The position numbers and the translations under genes were made by a program. From Lobosporangium transversale (Eukaryota): 64,000 bases of DNA. This document shows, one piece after another, positions 39,961 through 50,034 of this stretch; within the stretch, counting starts at the first letter, position 1, and each line of letters begins with the position of its first letter. The notes below the pieces were generated by a model that had not been told where the DNA came from, searched no databases, and saw only the letters and a program-made list of their open reading frames with translations. The stretch is taken from assembly GCF_002105155.1 (NCBI RefSeq), contig NW_019028997.1, forward strand, positions 496,001 through 560,000, given 5' to 3'.

Positions 39961-41330
39961 AGACCTGGCACCAATCATGCGAGGTATTTCTTTTTCTGAG
40001 GATTCCTTGTGTTAAACGGCCAGACAGAAAGCTTAAAAGACATACAGACACAACGGTGAAACAAATGTATGTGAGCAAACAGCTGCTGTGTTTATTTGTT
40101 GTCTGCACATGCCTTCTTTCATCGCGGGCTTTTTTTTCCTTTTTTGTTCGTCAATCACTGTGTGCACGAATAAGCAGCTGAAGCATCTCTTTGTTTCTGT
40201 ACATGCATAAACACATTTTACATCGCGGCGTCTTATTTATTTTCTGCAATTCCAAAACACAAAACACAAGCGTTTTCCATTGGTGCCTCCAGAAGAAATA
40301 AACAAACTTTATTTTGGCGGCCACTCCACAATCATGCCATGGTTATAACAATCCCTAGGAAAGGATGAAACGCGTCGGTATTAATCTCGCTTCTGTAATT
40401 CTAAATGCATATATTTTGGCGATTGGTATCAACTATCAAGTTCGCACATACACACACCAAACGACCGCCAAAAACCACCACTCTCGCTTCTGCTCTCCCT
40501 CCATCCACAAGGCGCTGCGCAATATCACCATTAACAAGGCACCGTCCAGTAAGAAAGGGTGCTTAGCTAGCTTTTACTCCAAGCAATAAGCACATCACCT
40601 ATCTCCGCCATTGATGCCGGAACCTGAGAGCCAACGAATATCTCTGCTTTAACGCAATAGTACTGGGGCTGTTGGAGCAAAAAGCATCATTTGAAGCCAT
40701 TCTCTGATAAAAAAGACTTTTTTTCTTTAGTTGTTACCTATAATCACCGAGTCATATCTGTCAATGCATTTATTACCCTTGTTCAAAATTATAAATCATT
40801 AAATTCCTCACAAAGCAAGGGCCACTGCAAACAAAAGAAGCTGAAAAAAAATTGTATAACAAAGGATCGACATCAGCACTATATGCTGTATACCGAGATG
40901 GTTTCACTTTGGTATCTCAATGCTATTTCTTCCAATCTGCCGTTCATGCGAGAGCTTGTATTTATTTGTCAATCTCTGCTATTGACTGGGACAAAACCCC
41001 AATCCAAACAAAGGAACTGAATAAAGATTGATGTGGCCTGTGAAGCAAAGGATCGATATCAAAACTATATGAGACAATGATAAAACTCATCATCAACCCA
41101 GGATATAAAAAGGGATCATTGTCTTCCTCCTTCAAAGTCCCATCCCTTTTACCACTGCCACTTGTTCCTGTATCTTTCCCTCAATATTCTTTATCTATTC
41201 GCTTTGAATCTTTACACCATAAAAAAGCTCATCCTTTTATACCTTTGTCGCTCTTTTTTTTTTCTTTTTCATTTCTTTTCATCACCACCATTTTTCCTTT
41301 TTTCTTTCTCTTTTCGCTTAGATATTGACC

Positions 41331-44313
41331 ATGGGGCTGAAGTCCTTCTTCAAACTGGTTGCGGATCGCGGGGTTTTACCTTCGGAAACTGGCGTGGGCA
41401 CTTTCTTGGCGGCAAATCCTGACGTTAGGCCCGATTACTAATCTTCGATTAATTCGAAAGGTTGAGTGGAACGAGAACTATAATAAAATGCTTCAGGGCT
41501 ACCTAAGGGAAGCTAGTAAGGTGTTGGGAAGGAACGTAGCCTCTGAGGAAGGCCGTTTCAGTGTAGCTCTCCGCATTTTTACTTCCGGCCATCAAACGTC
41601 GGCCCAAGCGTTACCATCGAACAATGAGTTCGATAACTTCAAGCAGCGTTTACTCAATGGAAAGGATCTTCGCCATAGAATGGCTCAGCAAAGGCGAGCG
41701 CAGCGCCGCAGAACGTAAGAAAGCTCAAGCTATAGTTTTTGGCCTTGAAACCAGACGTCCCCAATACTAATCGTTAGTCCCTTTCTTGAATAATGTAGAG
41801 GCGTACCATCATTCTATATAGCGGAAGGGTCACATAGGAACCAATTCCGGCCCATCTTTTCTGACAAGGCGAGCATATTGAATGGGCGCACAGTTGATAT
41901 CAGTAACTACCGTCAGCACGATAGGCCGGGCCTTAAGCATCCACCACGTCGGAGAAAGGCAAAAAAGAAGCAACAGAAAAAACGAAAGCGGAAGCACAAA
42001 GGCAAGAAGCCCCACAGGGCTAAAAAAGAAGGTGCACCAATTAGGAACTTGAAGGATGCTACGAAGGTTGATCACAGCTACAGCAGTAAGCACCCTATCA
42101 AGGCCTTAACAACTGGGTCCCTTAAGGCCTCCATGGCAAGGAAAGGCGGACTGGACGCAGATGAAAGGGATAGTATTGCAAGCCAGGTCCGAGGGGCAGT
42201 TGTTGTCCTCAACCGACTACGCCGCTATGCATACTGGGCGATCGCCTTGGGCATTGAGAGGATCATTGTTGCGATTAGCAGTCATTTACATGGGTTTTTA
42301 CTATAGCAAAGATTTTTACCCTTTTTATTTAACGAAGATCCCCGGATCATAATAAACACATCTTTCTTTCGTTCTCGTTACTTATTATGATCCTGGCATA
42401 TTTCAATCATGCGGTTACCAGGGGCAGCAAAGTCGAGGAAAAAGGCACTGGACGAGGTCTTGGATAGCAATGATTATTCCTTCCGTCTCGCCACCCTTCT
42501 TTTGAGTGGTCAAGGTGGCCCCAATTCAGCTTACGCGAGGGCAAAAAAACAAGGAAAGGCGGTAGAAACGCCCCATCATCACCTCGCTTATGAACATTTC
42601 AAGGCCACCACTGAACTTTCCCCAATAAAGGATATAGACATCACATTGGGGGACGTCCAAGGCTTTGATCCCAAAAAGATCACATTTCCAAGAGCGTCAG
42701 ACTTACTAATGGGCCAAGTACAGACATCATTAAGGCAGCACTACAGGAACGCAATAGTATAGCTTGTGTAGGGGTATTTTCATGCATATTCTGCAATCAA
42801 ATGCTCTTTATTCACACCTTTTTTTTTTTTTTTTAGTTTGATGTCGAGAAAACAAACGAAGATATGAGCGACATTGAGTTTTTTTTTGCGGGAGAACAAA
42901 AGAGTGAAAAAATACTCAGACTTTCCTACGTCCCCCTGGTCACCCGGGTATGTGTATCTGTCTGAACACGCCCTAGTTGACATCCTCTGGGCGAACGAAG
43001 ATACCAAGCAGCTGCTGGAGCGTATTCTGCCTCTCAATAATGCTTCCAAGACTGCAATGTATGAGTGTGTACAGGGAACAAAAGGGGTTTGATACAGGCT
43101 CTCTTTTGTGACATTGGAGGTGATCGCATGGTTCGTGGATATCAAGACAAAGTATCCCTGCAGTCACAGGACAAAGATCTAACTCGGTTCAAACTCAAAG
43201 GGACGATTTCTACCAACGGTCTAGTTCTGAATCTACTTGCCTATGACACAACCCAGACGAAGAGACAGCAGCAGTCTGACGTAGATGAAGAAGACCCCAG
43301 CCAAGAACTGGAGCTTTCTCAGGGATTTCTCAACACGACGTGTTCAAAGGCGGCCGGTGAAGACCTAACAGATGAAGACTATGCAAACATAAACTGGAAG
43401 AGGAGCTCCAAGCTGCTTGAAAACGTTGAGCTCACATTCAACAAACCAGGGCGATGCCCATCCGCAAACACCACAACTATCGTCGGATGTGATCCTGGTA
43501 TTGTTAACGCCCTTACGTTTTCCTCGCTGGACCCTCACAACCCTAACTTGCGGCAAACGGTAAAGGTGAGAAGCAGGTTCTTGTACCTCCCTGTCCTCCG
43601 CTTCAATCACCTGTTGAACAAAAGGAAGCGTGAAAAAGGAATGATTGAGGTTGAGAGCGCCATCCCTGTGTTTGGAAGGGAACGTATAATGAGTACTTTC
43701 AATGGATGAACGAGGAGTCTCAGACACAGACAGGATCAACGAATTTGGATGTGCTTCAAGAGTTCTACGAGTCCAGATGGCACCTGAAAAAAAAATGGGA
43801 CCTACGAAAGGCTCAACGAGCTACGTTCGGCTACGCGGTACAGCGAGTGTTGAAGATGCTTGGGGATAAAGGAGTACTTGTCGTCGGCCTAGGGTCCTTT
43901 GAAAGTAGTAAAGGAGTTCCCAGCAAGCACACTGCTATAACGAGGCATCTTGTCACACAGGTATGGCTGTTTTTAAAAAAGTAAGCAAAGCTGGAAAGCC
44001 ATAAAAGCCTTGCTAATAAACGACTGCCATTTGAAACGCTTAGGTCAAAGCACGAGGACACTTCGCTGTAGGAGCGCACGAATTTTACACCAGCGCCCGC
44101 TGTCCCCGACCCCTCTGCGATAGCTTTTTAGAGACGGTGTACCCTCGCTCTAAATATTGCAGGACATGTAAGGTATTCTTCGACCGTGACGCAGTAGGGG
44201 CGGAAAACATCGCAAGAATCGGTCTTGCTCAAATTGAGAGACAAGAGAGACCTGCAAAGTACAAGCCCACGGAAGAGTCGCCTGCTCCGGCTGCAAAGCG
44301 CGCACGACGCTAG
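41331..44313 (+). pseudogene. Fanzor (eukaryotic TnpB-like RuvC RNA-guided endonuclease), ~860 codons when reconstructed; introns 41715-41798, 42757-42836, 43961-44043
   Basis: RuvC-I IVGCDPG (Asp 43491), LVVGLGSF strand, relocated Glu in AHEFYTSARC (44080), Zn finger CPRPLC...CRTC, RuvC-III FDRDAVGAENI (Asp 44188), and a basic C-terminus AAKRARR. It is disrupted by a solo LTR, about three 1-nt frameshifts and an N-terminal frame break. Confidence 0.88.
42267..42405. mobile_element. 139-bp solo LTR inserted in the Fanzor ORF
   Basis: Starts TGTTG and ends TTTCA, with a 5-bp TSD ATCAT (42262-42266 and 42406-42410). Removal restores GIERIMRLPG in frame. Confidence 0.85.
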
Positions 44314-44437
44314 ACACAAGTATTTGGGTGCCGGCACACCCACAAAAAATTTGTAAGTTCTGTTTATTTTCGTCTCCTGTATCCATCCTCTCTAATCTTT
44401 TGCCCCTGAATTTCTGGACTAACTTTAAAAACCGTAG
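44290..44437 (+). ncRNA. Candidate Fanzor omegaRNA region / 3' non-coding tail containing a putative 85-nt intron (44353-44437)
   Basis: Overlaps the Fanzor stop codon and is partly conserved in a second copy at 54485-54598. Hairpin TGGGTG-CCGGCA-CACCCA. The RNA assignment rests on analogy to known TnpB/Fanzor loci only. Confidence 0.4.
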
Positions 44438-45634
44438 ATAAAGAAGTATACAGTCACACAAATATATTGGTGGAATCCTTGCAACTTCAAAAAGTCCTTC
44501 CTGTTCATCCTGAAAAGTCCTATACACCTCGGCTTCCCGTTGCAATAACTCTTTTCTGTCCTCTTTATGCTGTTGGTGCAACAACATCGAGTTGACATGT
44601 GTGCTTTGTGGGGGATTGGAAATGATCATTATGGCAGTTGAGGTAAAGAAGATAGCAAAAATATGAACGAGGCAACTGTTACGTCCTGAGGCTAGGGAGT
44701 GTACCCAAATGGAGCACTCCCCTTTTTATTCATAGATCAGAGCAATTATAAGGCTCCGACCTAGCTAAAATAATAAACAACTTTTGATCTCCTTGACTTC
44801 CGACTTACCATAAAATATTTCAGCAACGAAAAAAAAAAAATTCTTATTGAATCAATTCAATCCTTGGCTTGACGAAAATTTCGTCAAATACGTTGCTTGA
44901 TGAAAAAATCAAAATGAATTTTCATCGGGACCAACTGGAAAAAGAAATAAGGTTCATTTTTGCTCTTCCCGATGAAAACTTGATGTAAAAATCGATTTGT
45001 CCAATAAATATTTCAGCCACTGTCAATCCAGCCGTTACATCACCTTTTTGCCACCAGTTGTTTCTTATAATTTGTTTGTTTCAAAGCGCGTCAATCCCTT
45101 CCTCCAAGCATAACAACCAATCAAAGCCACACACATCCACTTTCTTCTCTTCCTCTCCTTCCCCCTTCCTTTTCCTTTTCCTTTTTCTATTCAATGCTTT
45201 AATACTATTCTGTGCAAAATAATAATACACACATTAACACATCTCGTCTCGCTTTTTTTTTTTTTTTTTTTTTTTTTTTTTGGAGAAAGTAATGTCTAGC
45301 CGCTATAGTACATGTAACATGTACAAAAGTCCATATCTGTTTGAATATGCCTTATATTCATCCTATAACTGTCTAGTCATCTTTTTTTTTTTTTTTTTTT
45401 TTTTAAAAAAAAAATAGTAATAATAATAATGATAATGATAATAAAATAAAAACCAATAAATAATTTACAAAGAACAAAGAACAAATGGAGGCACTATTTG
45501 AAAGATTTCTATCAACTTTGGCTGAACTTCCGCAGCAGATTTGGAAAAGCCAGTCACATCAAATCACTATATTTGATGCTTTCTTTCTCCTTCTTCACCA
45601 GCTTATTAACTTTTTTTGTCTAATAATCACACCA

Positions 45635-48222
45635 ATGACAGGCGAAATCACTATCTTTTGCATTATTGATGGAGAATCCACAGCGTTTCCTGTGAGGATT
45701 CCACCAACAAAGACCGTGGACGAACTCAAAAAGGCAATCAAGAAAGAATATGAGCCAGACCTAGATTACCTTTCTGCTAAAAAGCTCAATCTTTACTATC
45801 TCTCAATCCCTTCCGCGCCGAAAAGACAAATCATGCTCAACTATCTAACAATCGAAGAAAGATCAAAGGAGCCAGAGGAGCTAGACGACGCAACAAGCGA
45901 GATTTCTGAATTCTTTGGAACGGCGCCACCAAAGAAAACCATTAATGTCATCGTCCAGCGGCCGTTGGGAGGTAAGGGATTAGCTGTTTGTTCTCAAAGC
46001 TTTGTGTATGACATCATTGATCAGGAAGCAATTCTCGAAATATCATGATTTTTATCTTTCTGATTTTTTTTTTATTTTTTTTTTTAATCACAGCTGTCAT
46101 CTGGACGAACACCTCAAGTATCCTTGCATTGGTTAAGCAATATGAACGACTCATCGGCACTAAACAAGCTCCGGTATGCTGCCTATTGTGTTTACATTTT
46201 GGGTGTACATCGCTATAAGTTATGAGTGGACGGAAGATTTTGTGCTGACTCTTTATTATACTTGTTATAGCTTGTTACATCTTTTGGTTCAGAATTCCCA
46301 CTTTGCCGCAGAGAGGAAACTCTTGACGTATTATGGAATGGGAGTTGTTATAATGGCGTCTTTGAGCGATTTAAAAACCGCAAGAAGAGCGACAAGGGCC
46401 TAAATCCAATCCCACTTCTTGCCTGTGGGCCAGGTACAGGCAAAAGCAGGTCCCTCCAAGAAATTGGAGGAATGCTTCGTGAAAAGGCCAACTCTTACGG
46501 TGACCAGAGTATTAAAAGCGCCTTCTCCAATATGGTCTCAATCAATATTTGCTACGGCAATGGCACCGCGGTCAGCCAGTTCGATAACAAAATTGGAGGC
46601 GATGCATCTATTGCTGTTAGATTACTCTACGGATATTTTATCAGTAACAAAGACTCCGATAGCAAACCTGTTGACTTTTTTCTGCAAAAGGAAGGCATCA
46701 ATCTACTCTCAGTGAGCAGAGCCATGGAGGTTATTCATGCTGATATTATCAGACGAGGCACACCCACTAACAATCCGATTGTGCTGGTCATCAGCATCGA
46801 CGAAGTGAATCATTTACACAATGCTTACCCAGGTACCCTTCGAGAAGTTGCGAATGCTATTGGGAAACTGAGCTTGAGAACCATAGAGCCTTTTTGTATC
46901 CCTATTATGGCAGGCACAATCCAAGGACCCATCGAAGAAATGCTCATGGGATCAACATATCGTATCCTACACCTACCTCTTCCTCTTCTTACTGACGACG
47001 ACGTGATCGAAATTGGCCGTAGGCTTCCTCCGACTATAGACGGTAAGGCTCTACATCTGACTGAAGACTACCTAAAGCATGATATACTGCTCCACCGTAG
47101 TATTGCAGACATCGGTGGAGTGCCAAGGGCTGTGGAGCATTTCTATGAACACTTTGTGAATCGCTTAAAGAAACTAAAGAAGATCCCTGACAAGGATGAG
47201 AAACTTACGGAATGTCTGCGCAATGTCGATATCATGGCCGTTATGCAGAGCCTGGCAGTTCGTTTAGACACACTTTATCCTTTTGGGAACTACGTGGAGT
47301 TCATGACACCTGTAGTGGAGTGGCAAGGGCCATTCTTGGTATCCCAGTCAAAATGAATGATATTATTGGAGGTGGCACAACCTATAAAGATCTCAGGACA
47401 ACTGGCCTAATAAAGCTGGAACGAGCTGAAGAGCATGACATATACCATATACGTATCCCATATTTGTGGCTGGTTTTATTGATCAGCGCTTCCTATAGCC
47501 AATCCGAGTCCCCTTTGAAGTACTGGACCGCTTTTATCGATCCAAAGCAAGATGTCTCCTGGGCAGGCTGGGCTCTACGTTTATGCCTTTTCTCTTACCT
47601 CGGAAAACAGACTGTGTCTCTGCAGGAACTTTTTGCAGGTGCTGAATTTGATCCCGAGTTTCCAGAGTTTAAAGTTGAAATTCCAGAGCACCGCAATGTT
47701 ACAGTGCATCAATTGCTCGAAATGTCCCCCAATCACGAGATCGCAAAGGATGTGGACGGCAAGGAGCATACTAACTTTCTTCAAGAGTTTCACAAGATAT
47801 TTGTTAATGGCAAGGGTGCTCCAGCTGACGGCTATATGCAGTTGCGTTTACAGAACAGAAGAGACATTGCGTCTTTGTGTCTATTTTGTCAAATGGAATG
47901 GGCCGAAGAGAAGGATTCAAAGACGTCTAGCCCTATCAACCAAAAAACAATTGAGAAAGAAATTGAAAAGATTGCCGAAGTGAACGAAGTTCTTAAGAAA
48001 CGATGTCCATCCTTGGAATGTGCCTTTGGTATATTTTCAAATCGACAAATAGCTCCAAAGGCGAACCTCCGTTCTCATACATTTATGATGCCTGCAGTTG
48101 GGGAGAAGATCTGTAAAGAAATCGTGAGCGAGCGGAAGAAGCGACGATTTGAGGATGAAGATGATTTTAAGAAAAGGGTGAAAATGTTTCCAGAAAATGA
48201 GTTGGCGTTGCTTATATTCTAA
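45635..48222 (+). pseudogene. CRN-family gene of a different subtype (CRN N-domain + NTPase + nuclease-like + helix-hairpin-helix tail), frameshifted
   Basis: ITIFCIIDGESTAFPV...INVIVQRP header, Walker A CGPGTGKS, Walker B VISIDE, GGVPRA, NGKGAPADG, and a PAVGEKICKEIVSERKKRRFEDEDDF HhH-like end. Frameshifts lie near 46450 and 47315. Confidence 0.8.
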
Positions 48223-48494
48223 CCAATCAATCACCAGCGGACCGACTTTGCAAACCGAGAGATGGATCAATGAAAGCAGGCATTTGTTGCTGTGAGCAAG
48301 GAGGTCAAAGTATTAGTCAAACTGGAAGCGAATCAGCGCTTTTTGAGAACAAGCAGGTTCTTGTTAATTTTTAAAATCACTTTTGTGAAATGCAATAAAT
48401 GTAGTAGAAACTCTAAACGTCATAAATATAGATATATATTCATTCGCTGTAGATTGATGCCTTTTTTGACATGAAAGATATATTTTAATCAGCA

Positions 48495-49985
48495 TATTAT
48501 GCAATATTGGTACCGCTTAGAACCAATGATCAGTTGCCATTATTGCGGTGCCTTCATGTTTATTGAAGAATGTGTGTGCAACGCAGTAGTAAAAGTCGGC
48601 CAGAATTTCCTTTATGCTGTGGGAGAGGTCAAGTGGATATTCCTCCACTTAGCCTTGGTTTAACTTCTTGATGGGCAGAGCCGCAAGGTAAGTTATTCCG
48701 TTAACACATATAAGCATATAACTGCGCTCTTTTGTTCACGTCCATGGAAGTGAACCTTGATAAAGACCTTGCGAACAACCTATATGGAGTGTACACGCTT
48801 CGTATCATTGGAAGGGTTGGTACTCTGATTGATCCTATGACGCCAACTGAAGGCGCTGCCTCTCTGTTCCTGCAGGCTCACGCTCACATTCATGACCCTG
48901 CTCAGCAAGCAAGACTCCGTAATAACCATTTCGGGGATTCCTTGATGAAGGCCTGTTGCAGTAACCACAGCAGCTCCTTGAACTACACTACCCGATAGCC
49001 CATACGCTCAAAGACGTCAGAGAATGTGCGCACGAGGATATCATGCGGCTGAAGGTCGCCATCTGTGCTGGGCCTCAGCATGAGGGGAGAGGGCAAAGGC
49101 GAATGCAGTACAGGCCCTCTCATCAACTGGAATCGTGCTATTGATGGCTGGCGCCAGTAGTAAGGTTTCTCAGCAAGGCATCATAATTGAAAGCAGAGCC
49201 AGTGGTTTGAAAAAAACCAGTGAGGTTCATCCAGCTCACGAGAGTCTCCATAATAACCTCTTGCATCCAAAAGGCGAGGACTGGACATATAAAAAATATA
49301 AAAAATGGCCTAGGCCAGGTCAAACCTCTGCAGGGCCTCATGGTGACAGCTATGACGGTAGCGAAAACGGCCAGCTAGAGGTGGATGTAGGTGAGGGCGA
49401 TGGCCGAGCTAGGAAAAGTCGAGAATACGCCAAGCTGGAGGAGTTTTACACGTACAGGCTGCAGATTCGTCCTTTGAGCTCAACAGACCAGCGATTTTTC
49501 ATCAGGATGAATACATGCTTGACTTATTAGTAGGCTACCGATCAATACAGTAGGCTTGAGGTGGATCAGCTTCAATTCATCAGCGAGAACCAATCTAAGC
49601 TGAAGACGGATCCATATATCGGTGTTGTGGGTGCAATTGAACTTAATCTCAGGCCTGGGCTATACATGCGGGACATTGTCTACAAGGATGCTTTGTAAAT
49701 AAGCATCCTCTCATTTACTACCGTATCTTCCAAATATTCTGCCTTATTTTGTGTTTTATTTTTTGTTTATTTTACTACTGTACATGTATATAGTCTTAAC
49801 TGATTTTGCTTTATTGTATTTTATCGCGCGATTCGTAAAAAAGACCCAATCAATAAAAAAGTTATGCAAAGATACAATTGGTTGTATTTGACTACGATTT
49901 TTATTTTCACTTTATTTTGCCCTCATGAAATTTCTAACGAGGCAAGGCAAGAGCCGGCCGTGGCGAAGCCACGGTCTCCGGCTCG
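48495..49985 (+). mobile_element. Helitron remnant (Rep N-terminal region plus 3' terminal hairpin)
   Basis: Degenerate CHYCGAFMFIEE, LCCGRGQV, AYN..L.FTSM, HP....L...LLHPKGE.W, FYTYRLQIR and NQSKLK motifs. The 3' hairpin CCGTGGC-GAA-GCCACGG (49958-49974) is followed by CTCG|T, a CTAG|T-like end. Confidence 0.85.
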
Positions 49986-50034
49986 TTATAATTATTATGG
50001 AAGCAGTTTGATGTACTATTCTCAAATTATTATT

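Noticed and set aside
39150..41330. Left TIR matching the Fanzor ...AAAAACCG|TA end
   Set aside because: No reverse-complement match was found upstream, so a Tc1/mariner-type host is not supported here.
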